The position numbers were made by a program, and so were the translations under genes. From the human T2T-CHM13v2.0 reference genome, Homo sapiens, in the NCBI RefSeq assembly GCF_009914755.1, contig NC_060942.1: DNA of 64,000 bases; one strand, written 5' to 3'. Positions 12,211 through 25,200 of the stretch are shown here, in pieces. Position 1 is the first letter of the stretch. Each line of letters opens with the position of its first letter. The notes below the pieces were generated by a model. It did no database searches, was not told the DNA's origin, and was given only the letters and a program-made list of their open reading frames with translations.

Positions 12211-13934
12211 GAAGGTTCCACTCATCTTGTTAACTGCTGTATTCCCCAGCAGCTAGAACAATGACTGGTACATAGGATTCACCAAATATTTGTTGAAAGT
12301 AAGAATCAAAGAAAGAATGGCAATGAGAGAGAGGCGAGGAGGCATAGAGATACATATGTAACATATATGATGTATATGAATATTGGTGTATGTATGTGCG
12401 TGCATTTGTGTGTGTTTGTGTGAGACAGAGATAGAGAGAGATAGAGATTAGCAGTATAGGAGTATAGAATCTGATGTTACTATGGTTTGTAGTTGGTAAG
12501 GGACAAGATGACCTTGGTTGAGACACTCAAGGAGAGTGTGTGGAATAGGAAGAGAGAAAACACAATGTCCGGCACCCTAGAGAACACATATTTTTAAGAG
12601 GCTAGAATGGCAAACACAGAAGCTAAGGTTTCAGATGATTTTATGTTAAAGAAAAGGGGGATGTCAAAAAGTTGCCGATATTCCAGAGGGTCCAAACAAC
12701 TGAGAATGGCAGTAGGGTCATTGGATTCACCAATTTGGTTTGGATGTTTTTGCTTCCAATGGCTTTAGTGGAGGGGAATTTGTGACTCATGGAGTTTCTT
12801 CCATCACCTCATAGAACTACCTTCACTTAGCTGGGATTTTATATTTCACTCCTAAGCATATATTAAAGAATCTTAGAAGAATGAGCTTTACAAAACCTGC
12901 TGATGAATTTACTCTGGAAGCATTGCTAAAGTTATTGACCATTCTCTTTATGAAAGGCAACATGAGAATTGTAGAGTAAGTATACAAAAAAAGTTAGCTT
13001 ACCACCAGGAACTCACATACTTTCTCCCGACTCTGGGATATTACTGAGAGATTTTATTTTCTGTGTTCCTGTAACTTTATTTAATTTTTCTATAATGGTA
13101 AAGTACGGATAATAAAAAGTCATACATGCTAATGTTGTTGGTAGTGTTACAGGAGTCATTCAAGCAAAGCACTTGCTAGTGCTTGGCTCATGGTTAAGTA
13201 ATTCATAAGTATTGATAATCATTTGTATTTATAAGCACAATTACTTTATATTTTCTTATATATGTTCAGAAATTCCCTGTAGAACAAAGAAGTGTATGAA
13301 GAAAATACTTTTTGTTCCTGACATAAGAGTTTTGATATCCATAGGCAAGATATGGAGAGATTCATTTTACACAATTATTCCATACCACGTTATTGACATC
13401 TCTAAGACCTGCTGCACCAATGTAGGATGAAGCAGTGTTACTTCCATGATTATATAAATGCTAAGTTCAAATTTACAATAGGACTTTGGCTTTGAGCTCT
13501 GTTTTGTGTATAGCAAAGTTCTCAAAGATATCTTAGTATATCATGAACTCTAAATATTTTCCCCTTCCTAGGTGACAGAGTTTGCTTTGATCCATCTCAT
13601 CTTTCAGCTTATCTACTTTGTGACCAGTGGCATGTGAGATTACACAGCAGAGTCTCCATGAAAGAAGTTCATTAAATGATAGTGACCTCATGTAATTCAT
13701 TGACAACAAAGATATATTTGTTCCAGTTTCTCACACATGGTTTTGCCCAGGATTAGATTTTCACATAAGTGATTCACTTTATTGACAATGTAACTGGCAA
13801 AGAATTTCTGGTTCCCATGATACTTGAGTTATGCAACTTTTAAGTGGCCAAACATAAACTTTCTCCCTGGGATCTTCTTTTGTCTAATCTAGCTTTCTTT
13901 GAGTTTTACTTTACATTTTTGCTATGGAGAAATC

Positions 13935-15651
13935 TTTTTAAAAATTGTGCCAAAAAATATAACATGAGATCTACCTTCTTAAAGTTTTTAGTTAGTAGTT
14001 CAATATTGTTAACTGTAAGTCCAATCTTGTACAGCTGATCTCTAGTACTTTTTTATTTTGCATAACTGAAACTTTACACATATTGAACAGCAACTTACCA
14101 TTCTCCACCCTCCTCCAAAGCCTTGGAAATCATCATTCTACTTTCTGCTTCCATGAGTTTGCTACTTTAGATATCTTATATAAGTAGAGTCATGTAGCAT
14201 GTGATTTGCTTCACTTAGCATAATGTCCTCAAATTTCGTTTATGTTGCTACATATGACAGGATTTTCTTCATTCTTCATTTTAAAGGCTGAATTATATTC
14301 CATTGGCTCTATATACCACATTTTCATTATTCATTCATCCACTGATGGACATTTACCAGCCCTCACATCTTAGGTGCTGTAAATAATGCTGCATTGAACA
14401 TACAAGTACAAATACCTTTTCCAGATTCCAATTTTAATTCTTTTGGATAAATACCCAGAAGTGGGATTGCTGGATCATATGGTAGTTCTAGTTTAAATTA
14501 TTTTGAGAAATTTCAGATTTTTTTCCATAGTGCTGCATTATTTTACATTTCTAACAACCGTGCACAGGGTTCTAATTTCTCCGCATTTTTTCCAACACTC
14601 ATTATTCATTTGATTGGACAATGGCCTTCCTAACAGGTGTGAGGTGATATCTTATTGTGGTTTTGATTTGCATTTTTCTCATAATTAGTGATGCTAAACA
14701 TCTTTTAGCATACCCATTAGCCATTTGTATTTCTTTGGAGAAGTGTCTATGAAAGTCTTTTGCCTATTTTAAAAATGGATTCTTATTATTTTTTTGCTGA
14801 GGTATAGGAGTTCTTTATACACTATGTAGTTTAACTTCTTATTGGATATGTGACTAGTAAATATTTTCTGTTTCAGAGATTGCCTTTTCACTTGTGATTG
14901 TTTCTTTTACTGTGTAGATTTTTAGTTTGATATAATTTCACTTGTCTATTTTTGCTTTTGCCACCTAAGCTTTTGGTGTCATATACAAAAAAATCATTGT
15001 GAAGATCTATGCCATAAAGCTTTTCCACTATATTTTCTTCTAATAATTTTAACGATAGTTTTAGGTCATACATTTAAGTCTTTAATCAATTTTGATTTGA
15101 ATTTGTGTATGACATAAGGGTGCAATTTCATTCTTTTCCATGTGGATATCAATTTTCCCAATACTTCTTACCGAAGAGACTATCCTTTCCCACGTGCATT
15201 CTTGACACACTTGTGGAAGATCAGCTCACTGTATATGGGTAGGTTAATTTCTGGGATGTTTGTTCTATTCCATTGACCTATAAGTCTGTTGTTATGCTGG
15301 TACCATACTATTTTGATTACTATAGCTTTGTAATATATTTTGAAATCAGGCAGTGTGATGCCTCTACCTTTGTACTTCTTTTTAAAGGCTGCTTTAGCTA
15401 GTTGAAGTCCTTTCTATTTCCATATAAATTTTAGGATTTTTAAAATGTTTCTATAAAAAATTCCACTGGAATTTTAGTAAGGATTACACTGAATCTGTAG
15501 ATTTCTCTGGGTAATATGGTCATTTTGACAATATTAAATCTTCCAGTGGTGAGCATAGGTGTTTTTCTATTTATCTGTGCCTTTAATTTCTTTCAGCAAT
15601 GTGTTGTGGCTTTTAGTGTACAAGTCTTTCATTTCCTTTGTTAAGTTCTAA
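13935..15651 (-). mobile_element. L1MA8/9-like element, 3' portion
   Basis: 3' UTR motif 'tgtacagctgatctctagtactt...gcataactgaaactttacac' followed by antisense ORF2 3' sequence. Confidence 0.8.
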
Positions 15652-16350
15652 GTATGCAAATATCCTTAACAAGATACCAGCAAACCAAATTGAGCAGCAT
15701 ATTAAAAGGCTCATACGCCATGACTAAGTGGTATTTATACTTTGAATGCAAAGATAATTCATGTGAAAATCAGTCAATGTGATAAACCACATTAACAGAG
15801 TGAGGGATAAAATCATGTTATTGTCTCAAATGCAGAAAAATCATTTGACAAAATTTGACACCCTTTTATAATGAAAAGACTTAACATACTAAGAATGGAA
15901 GGAAGTTGCTTCAACTTCTTAAAGGTCTTACATGAAAAGCCCATAGCTGTCATCATACTCTATGATGAAAACCTGGAAGCTTATTCTCTAAGATCAGGAA
16001 CAAGCCAACGATGCTCATTTTCACCACTTGAATTCAATGTAGTATCAGAAGTCTTAGTCAGAGCAAATAGGGAAAAATAAATAAGTAAATGCCATCTAAA
16101 TTGATAAAAGAAGTAAAATTTTAAATTGATAAAAGAAGTAAAAAAGATTATGTCATCATGCAGATGACATAATCTTATATGTAAAAAACTGTAAAGCATC
16201 CACCGAAACTGTTAGAACTACTAATAAATTCAGTAAAATTACAGGGTATAAAATCAACATACAAATATCAGTTCTGTTTCTGTACACTAGCAATGAACAA
16301 TCCAGAAGTCAAATTAAAAACAATCCCACTTCCAACAGTGTCAAATAACT
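15652..16350 (+). mobile_element. Inverted 5' portion of the same L1 (ORF2 RT region)
   Basis: Sense RT remnants (ORF 15871-16080: LRSGTSQRCSFSPLEFNVVSEVL; 'gcagatgacataatc' = ADD motif); ends where the minus portion stops in L1 coordinates. Confidence 0.8.
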
Positions 16351-19204
16351 GTAAATAAATCTTGAAGCAAAAATAAATAGATTCATTAATTCAATAGGAA
16401 TAAAAGGACTCAACTCCCAAAAAGATTATATTTATTCTACAGCATGGGAAACACGTCCTTTTTAAAATGTATTTTTGCCCTAAGCAGTTATAGCTCAGTG
16501 AAATAGCTTCTATGATGGAGGCAAAATGCTACTGGAGGATAGAGGAGGACATCTGGTCCAGAGGGGGACATCTGTGCTGTGGGTGAGGTTCAGGCCCCTG
16601 AGTATATATCTGAACAGTGTGTTAATGGAGTTGTGGGGATCAACTGGATGAAGATAGAAGGGAATAATATGGCTGACAAAGACAATAAACCCAGTAAGAA
16701 AAGAGACCTTCTTTATAACATAAAAAGTTCGGTATGCCAGAGAAGCTTTTTGTGTGTGTGCGAGAGAGGAGAGAGAGCTATAGCTTTGGAGGGAGGGAGG
16801 GCTAGATAATAAAGGACTATGTGTACTTGTACAAGTTCATAGTGTCTCTGAAGATAAAGGTGGTTCATTTAGTAACTTTAGACCAAGGAGATTTACTTTT
16901 AACAAAAATCCAACTTGTCAGAAACAAACGATGCTTTTAAAGATGTGGGTTTGAGTCTCGTGACAGAAATGTAAGTTAGGAAGCTATCGATAGAAAACAA
17001 AGAAAAGATGTAAAACATTTAGTTTAGATGCTTAAACTAAAAAAGAGGTAGCAGAGGTGGAAATGAGGGGGTAGCTTCCAAAAAAACAGATAAGACTCGG
17101 TGACCAATCAGATTGGCCTGATAAAAAGAGGGAGAATTTTAAGATTAACTGCAGGTTTGTGGTTAGGAAGTGTTGGTAGACAGTAATGCCATACATTGGG
17201 TCCTGCTTGTTTACCTCAGTCATCAGCAGAAGTGTAAGATTCCATGGTCGACTATTAGTATCTCCACATTTATACATATCCTAATGTAACCCTATTCTTC
17301 AGTCCTTGTCATTTCAAATCCTTGTGCTGTGGCTCTAGAAATTATATTCTGTGAACAGGTAATTTCCCATATCTTAAATTGCTTGATCTTTTCACCTTAA
17401 CTAAATTTGGCTGTTCTCTGAAGTCACTGCTTCCCTTTCAGAAATCAAGTGAATTATTATTATTTTTCTTATGAATTTCATTTTGGGGGGCTAGGGCACT
17501 GAATGGCTATTCTTCTTCCGTCAAGTCTCTTGTCATCCTTCATCATCATGTCCAGGCCAATGTTGTTCAACCCTAATTAAGAAATCTTCTCTCACACATT
17601 GAGAGGTCATGTTATCCAGACATATCCTCAAGTCCACCTTTTCATCATTGCCATTCTATGACTGGACATTTATTCATCCATTGAGGACTTTGGACACTAG
17701 TTCCCTGTCTCCTCCTCCAACCCATTTCCTGTCAACATCTACAATGATGCCTATTCTACCTTTGTTCTTCCAGTTTCTTAACCACAACTCCAATGTGTTT
17801 TTCTTCTGTATTATATGAGCCACCAATTCTTATGGGTATTTTACAAATTAAAAAAAAAACCAAAATCACAAATGCACACTCCTTTCCTGTCCAACACTGA
17901 GTTCCGACTCTTACAGCTCATGCTCCAGTAGTTACTCAACGTCATGTTGACCTACAATTTATTGATTCCATATCCTTTTTTTCCACTACAGTCTCCTTTA
18001 TCTTTTCACTTTTTCTGTGTACTGCTCAGTATGTTGATCTATAATTGTAATCTTTCCCCTGAAAATTCACTTCCCCTCAATCAACTCCCCTCTCCCTATC
18101 CCCTGATGGTCATACTTGCCTTGCAAAACCCCAATCCTAGATGAACTCAGTCATATAGATTCTTTATGCCTGCACTCATGTAGCTGAACACAGTGAGAAA
18201 AAAAATACATGCAGTGGGGCTCACTGGTTTAATATCAAGTTTCTGATATCAGCACTGCCATATAATCCAACATTCTGCTGCTTATAAACTAAATTTTCTC
18301 ATTTTCTAAGCCAAGAGTTGCAGACATTATAATCTCTCCTTAACCTACCTCCTTTTTTGTCTTTTGTACTGCCATACCCAAAACTTACGGTCTTAACTCA
18401 AGCACTAATGAAAAAATAATAGGCCCACACACAAAATGTTTTTTGTTTTCCTACACATCTTTGAGATTACTCATATTTGCATTTATCTTTACTTTTTAAA
18501 ATCTCCTAATACAACTGAGGATGTGACCTTCTTCCTTTCAAAGGCCAGTCTCTTGATATGTGTTCTGCAACTCATCTGCCCTCAAGGCCTTTTGTTTCCC
18601 CAATTCTCCCCTTTTTTTCTTGTATCAATATGACATGCCATAACCAATTATTCTCACCAGCATGCAAAAACACTGTAAAATTTCCCATGCTCAAACAAAA
18701 GAAATATCTACAAACACACATCTTAACCTCACATCAGCATGCATTGATGGCTGCTTTTTTAGTGTCATTTTTCATAGCATAATTTTTCAACAGAATTGTT
18801 CATATGTATAATCTCACTTCCCCACCCACCATAGTTTGGGCCCTACTCAGTGATTCCACAGAAAACTGTCCTGGTTAAGGTCACAAACAACTTTTATATT
18901 TTTATATTATGTGGTCTTTGATAATCCCATTGTTTTTGGCCTCTTCGTAACATTGGGCCTTGCTAACAATTCCTCCCTCGAAACTGTCCCCTTTTGTCTT
19001 CTCTGACTACCACCTGCCTCTCATACTTCTTGCTTCTTCTCAGTTTCTATTGCAGTTGCAGCCTCTTATATCAGACCTGTAATTGTTAGGCCTCATTCTC
19101 TTTGCTTTCTACACTCTCTCCCAAGAATACTTCTTTTCATTGGATTTTAAATGTTACCTATGTGATGGTGACTTCCAAATTTGTACTTCCAGCCCAAGTG
19201 TCCC

Positions 19205-19641
19205 TGTGTTAGTTTCCTAGGGCTGCCAAAACAAATGATCATAAACTTGATGGCTTAAGACATCAGAAATGGATTCTCTCACAGTCTGAAGGTCAGAGTC
19301 CTAAATCAAGACTTTGGCAGAGCAATCCTCCCTCTGCAGGCTCTAAGGGAGATTCCTTTCTTGCCTCTCTGGTTTCTGGTGGCTCCAGGCATTCCTTAGC
19401 TCGTGGCTGCATGGCTCCAATCTCTGCCTCCATTTTCACATGATCTTCTCCTTTTTCTCTTTGGAACATATTTGTTGTTGAATTTACAGTCCACCCAGAT
19501 AAGTCAGAATGATCTCATCTGGAGATTGTTAACTTAATTACATATGCAAAGACACTTGTTTCAAATGCTTTCAAATTTATAGGTTTCAGAGGCTATGATG
19601 TGAATATATCTCTTTCTGGGGCCATCATTTGACAAACTACA
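19205..19641 (-). mobile_element. MaLR solo LTR (MLT1C-like)
   Basis: 'tgtgttagtttcctagggctgcc...ttctctcacagt...ttaattacatatgcaaagac...actaca'. Confidence 0.8.
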
Positions 19642-20465
19642 GTGTCTTTTTAGTTCTGGATTTGTACATGTGACTTGTTTTTTATGCTGCGTGTTCTCCG
19701 AGCATCTCAAATTTGCCTGCTTCAAAATATAAATTTGATTTTTCAGCTGCCCTTCCATATATGTCTCCATTATCTTCTGTATTGCTCAAGCCAGCAACTT
19801 GAAAATTATCACTTATTTCTTCTTTCTGATTCTTCCCATCTAGTCCATGAACAAGGGCTCTTATTTCTTCCTAAAAAAATACCTCAAATCAGTCCTCTAC
19901 TCTCCATTTCTACCATCTTCTCTCCTTGTGTTTTGTCTTGATAACAGCAATAACCTTTTACTACTTATCTACACTTACACTTCTGCTCCGCAGCAATCTG
20001 TTTTTCCCATCCAGCTAGAAAAATCTTTTAAAAACATAAATGCCATGCTTAAACACTCCAGTAGCTTCTTATTGCACTTTAAATAAAATACAAAATCTTT
20101 TGGCATAGCTTATGATCCAGCCCCAACACTGCCATCAAAATTATCTTATGCCACACTCTCCAGCATTCATTACACAGTGGTTTCCTTTTAAATTCTAGGA
20201 CATGCCAAGCTGTTTCAACCTCTGTGCCTGAGAACCTGCTGTTTCTTCTTATCTGCACATTTCCCTACTTGTCATATGGCTGGCTCCTTGTCATCACTCA
20301 GATCTCACAGTAAGTTCCACCTCTTCAGAAAGGCTGCTGCTTAAAATCCTTTCTCCACCAGTGCTTCCTTCACTTCTGCTGTGATTTTCTATTGCTGAAA
20401 CTTGTATAGCACTGATTAGAATCTAAAATTTATATTCTTATTTTTAGAGCTTGATTTTTGTTTGT

Positions 20466-20489
20466 CTCTCTCTCTCTCTCTCTCTCTCT
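20466..20489. repeat. (CT)n microsatellite
   Basis: ctctct run. Confidence 0.9.
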
Positions 20490-21169
20490 AGGAGGTAAGC
20501 ACCGTAAAGAGAGCTAGTGCTTGTTCCATTTACCAATGTGTATTCGGAAACTTGTAGAGTTCATGGCAGGTAGTAGATGGTCAGCAAATACATAACAAAT
20601 AAATACGGTGAGAAACATAGTTGTTGAAGGAGTTCACCTGAGTAGGAAGCAAATAAATTCAGTTTTAGATATGTATAAGATGCTTTTAGTAAATAAGGGA
20701 GTGTCTGTGTAGTAGTAGTTAGTTATATGTGGGAATAGAATTCTGGAATTTGACTCTAGGGTAATATGTCAGCCAATTCCATAAGGGTGAAAGTAAAGTC
20801 AAAATAGTGAAGGAAATCACACCTAGTGAAATGTTGTAGACATGAGGACCCAAGGCAGAGTTCTCAAGTACAAAAGAAATTCAAACACTGGCAGAAGGAA
20901 AGAAGCCTTTGAAAAAAATCCTAAAAGCTAACCGGAATCACAGGAGAAACTATAGATAATTGGGGCAGGAAGTCGATGAAAAAAAATTTCCAGGAAAAGG
21001 GAATATTTATGGAGCATCTTCTAGGTGAAGTTAGTGTTCCAGGCACTGTGCATACAACAGGAAAGAAAGACCACTAGAGAACATTTTCCAACTTTTTAAC
21101 AATTTTAAACATAATTATATAGGTATTATAATTTGAATGAAAAAAAAGTTGTCAAACAATGACATCGTT

Positions 21170-22266
21170 CTATTTTTTTATTATGGTAAAAATGACATGT
21201 CATAACCTTTACAATTCAGTGGCTTTTTGTACATTCACAGTGTTCTGCACAATCAAGGCTACCAAATTTCAGAACATTTTCAATTGCCCCCAAAAGAAAT
21301 CCCATACCCATTAGCAGTCACCATGCATACCTCAGTCCATGGCAACTACGGATCAACTTTCTATCTCTATGGATTTATCTTTCATGGATATTTTGTATAA
21401 ATGGAATCATACAGTAAGGATGTGGTCTTTTGTGTCTGGCTTCTTTCACTTAATGTCTTCAAGGTTCATTCATGTTGCAGCTTATATCAGCACTTCCGTC
21501 CTTTTGATGGCTAAACTATAAAGATACATGTAAAATGGATTATTAGTATGAAATAATGGAATATACGCACATACCCACACACACATACACTTTTCATTTA
21601 TGTATTCATCAATTGAAAGACATTTTAATTGTTTCTACTTTGAGGCTATTGTGAATAATGATGTCATGTAAGTTTTTGTTCAGATTCCTGTTTGCAGTTC
21701 CCATGGGCCTATATCTAGAAGTCAGATTGCTGGGTTATTGACAATTCTATCTTTAACTTATTGAGGAAACACCAAATTGTTTTCAACAGCAGTTGTTCAT
21801 TTTACATTCCCACAAGCAATATATGAGATTTCCAAATTCTCCATATCCTTATGAATACTTGTGTTATTTTTTTCCTTTTATTGATTGTAGCCATCCTAGT
21901 GGGTATGAAGTGGTATCTCCTTGTTGTTTTGATTTTTTTCTAATGATTGATGATGTTGAGCACCTTTTCATATGCTTGTTGGCAATTTGTCTATCTTCTC
22001 TGGAGAAATGTCTATGTAACTCCTTTGTCCATTTTCAATTGTATTATTTGTCTTATTGAGTTATGAGTTCTTTATATATTTTAGATACTAGATGCTTATC
22101 ACTTATGGGATATATGATTTAAAAATATTTTCCCGCATCTTATAGCCTGTCTTTTCATAGTTGATAGTGTCCTTTATGCACAAAAGCTTTTACTTTTGAT
22201 AAAGTCAAATTTATCTATTTTTCCTTCTGTTGCTTGTGGTTTTGGTGCCATATGTAAGAATCAATG
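21170..22266 (-). mobile_element. L1MB-like element, 3' part (host of the L1PB1 insertion)
   Basis: 3' UTR 'tacattcacagtgttctgcac...cagaacattttcaattgccccaaaagaaatcccatacccattagcagtcac'. Confidence 0.8.
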
Positions 22267-25200
22267 TGACACACTCTCACTGGAGAAGCTGAAGTTCTGT
22301 TTGTGGGAGAAATTTCTGACTTTACCTGGAGCTGAGTCAAGTTAGAGAGCTGAGTGAAATACAGGGGTAGAGGAAGCAGCAGAAAGGCCTTGGGAGCTCC
22401 CTGCATCCCCAAGCAGTCCATTCCTGCCTAGCACCACAGGGATCCATCAGGAGGATGGCCAGAGGAGCAGTGGGTAAAACTCCACAGGGAGATGGAATTC
22501 TCTGGCTGAACTTTGTAACAATTTGAATGGGATGAGAAGCCTCCTGGCCAGAACTCAGGGGAGGGCGCAGATCAGGCATGCAGACTTCACAAGTCAGGGA
22601 AGAAATAAAGCTCTTTTCTCTCAGAGCTGGAAGGCAGATAGCCTCAGGCAAGTTTTCAAGCCCATCTTGCCCACTGCCTAGAAAGAGACTCAGGGCTACT
22701 GCGGGCACAGTGGGAATGAGACCGGCCCTTCTGTTTGCGTGGGAGCTGGGTAAGGCCTATGACTGCTGGCTTTCCCCCAATTCCCTGATGACCTGCATGT
22801 CTCAGCAGAGGCAACCATAACCCTCCTTGGTACACAACTCCAGTGACCTGGGAATCTCATCCCCATCCTCCACAGCAGCTGCAGTACGACCCACCCAAGG
22901 AGAATCTGAGCTCAGACATGCCTAGCCCCGCCCCCACCTAATGGTCCTTCAGTATTCACCCTGGTAGAGGAAGAAAAAGGCCATATAATCTTGAGAGTTC
23001 TAGGGCCCCACCCACCGCTGGTCCCTCTCCACACTGTGCAGCTGATGCTTCCTGGAAAGTGCCACCTCCTGGCAGGAGGCCAACCAGCACAAAAACAGAG
23101 CATTAAACCACCAAAGCTAAAACACAAGACTCCTCATGGAGTCCACTTCACCCCCCTGCCACGTCCAGGCACTGGTATCAATGGCTGAGAGACCCATAGA
23201 CGGTTCACATCACGGGACTCTGTGCAGACAACCCCCAGTACCAGCCTGGAATCAGGTAAACTTGCTGGGTGGCTAGACCCAGAAGAGAGACAACCATCAC
23301 GGCAGCTTGGCTCACGGGAAGCCACATCCATAGGAAATGGGGAGAGTACTACATCAAAGGAACACCCTCTGGGACAAAAGAAACTGAACAACAGCCTTCA
23401 GCCCTAGACCTTCCCTCTAACAGAACCTACCCAAATGAGAAGGAACCAGAAAACCAACCCTGGTAATGTGAATAAAACAATGTTCTGTAACACCCTCCCC
23501 AAATCACACAGGTTCACCAGCAATGGATCCAAACCAAGAATAAATCCCTGATTTACCTGAAAAATAATTCAGAGGGTTAGTTATTAAGCTAACCAGGGAG
23601 GGACCAGAGAAATGCGAAGCCCAAGGAAATCCAAAAAATGATACAAGAAGTGAAGGGAGAAGTATTTATGGAAATAGACACCTCAAAGAAAAAACAATAA
23701 ATTCAGGAAACTTTGGACACACTTTTAGAAATGTGAAATGCTCTGGAAAGTCTCAGCAATAGAATTGAACAGTAGAAGAAAGAAATTCAGAGCTCAAAGA
23801 CAGGGTCTTCGAAGTAACCCAATCCAACAAAGACAAATTAAAAAAAAAAAGAAAATATGAACAAAGCCTCCAAGAAGTCTGGGATTCTGTTAAATGACCA
23901 AACCTAAGAATAATCGGTGTACCTGAGGAAGAAGAGAATTCTAAAAGCCTGGAAAACATATTTGGGGAAATAAGGAAAACTTCCCCAGCCTTGCAAGAGA
24001 CATAGACATGCAAATACAAGCAGCACAAAGAACATCTGGGAAATTCATCACAAAAAGATCTTCACCTAGGCACATTGTCATCAGGTGTTCCAAAGTTAAG
24101 ACGAAGGAAACAATCTTAAGAGCTATGAGACAGAAGCACCAGGTAACCTATAAAGGAGAATCTATCAGATTAACAGCAGATTTCTCAGCAGAAATCCTAC
24201 AAGCTAGAAGGGATTGGGGACCAATCTTCAGCCTCCTCAAACAAAAGAATTATCACTAACAATTTTGTATCCAGCGAAACTAAGCATCATATATGAAGGA
24301 AAGATACAGTCATTTTCGGACAAACAAATGCTGAGAGAATTCACCATTACCAAACCACCACTACAAGAATGGCTAAAAGGAGCTCTAAATCTTGAAACAA
24401 ATCCTGGGAACACATCAAAACAGAACCTCTTTAAAGCATAAATCACATAGGACCTGTAAAACAAAAATACAAGTTAAAAGCAAAAACAAAAAACAAAACC
24501 CAAAGCACACAGGCAACAAAGAGCATGATGAAAGCAACGATACCTCACATTTCAATACTAACATGGAATGTAAATGGCCTAAATGCTTCACTTAAAAGGT
24601 ACAGAACTGCAGAATGGATACAAACTCACCAACCAACTATCAGCTGCCTTCAGGAGACTCACCTAACACACAAGGACTCACATAAACTTAAAGGGGGGGG
24701 AGAAAGGCATTTCATACAAATGGACACCAAAAGTGAGCAGGGGTGCCTATTCTTATATCAGACAAAATAAACTTTAAAGCAACAGCAGTTAAAAGAGACA
24801 AAGAGGGAAAGTATATAATGGTAAAAGGCCTTGCCCAACAGGCCAATAGCACAATCCTAAACATATGTGCACCTAACACTGAAGTTCCCAAATTTATAAG
24901 ACAACTACTAATAGACTTAAGAAATAAGATAGCAACAAAATAATAGTGGGAAACTTCAATACTCCACTAACAGCACTAGACAGGTCATAAAGACAAAAAA
25001 TCAACAAAGAAACAATGCATTTAAACTATACCTGGGAACAAATGGACTTAACAGATTTATACAGAACATTTCATCCAGCAACCACAGAATACACATTCTA
25101 TTCAACAGCACATGAAACTTTCTCCAAGACAGACCACATGATATGCCACAAAGCAAGCCTCAACAAATTTAAGAAAATTGAAATTATATCACTCTCTCGG

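Larger units (their letters stand above)
17400..20605 (+). mobile_element. Degenerate L2 LINE, interrupted by an MLT1 LTR
   Basis: Pyrimidine-rich L2 motifs ('gttaaggtcacaaacaac', 'tccaaatttgtacttccagccc') and L2 3' end 'catggcaggtagtagatggtcagcaaatac'. Confidence 0.65.

Noticed and set aside
16097-16143. 22 bp near-tandem repeat taaattgataaaagaagtaaaa
   Set aside because: Simple slippage duplication in a dead L1
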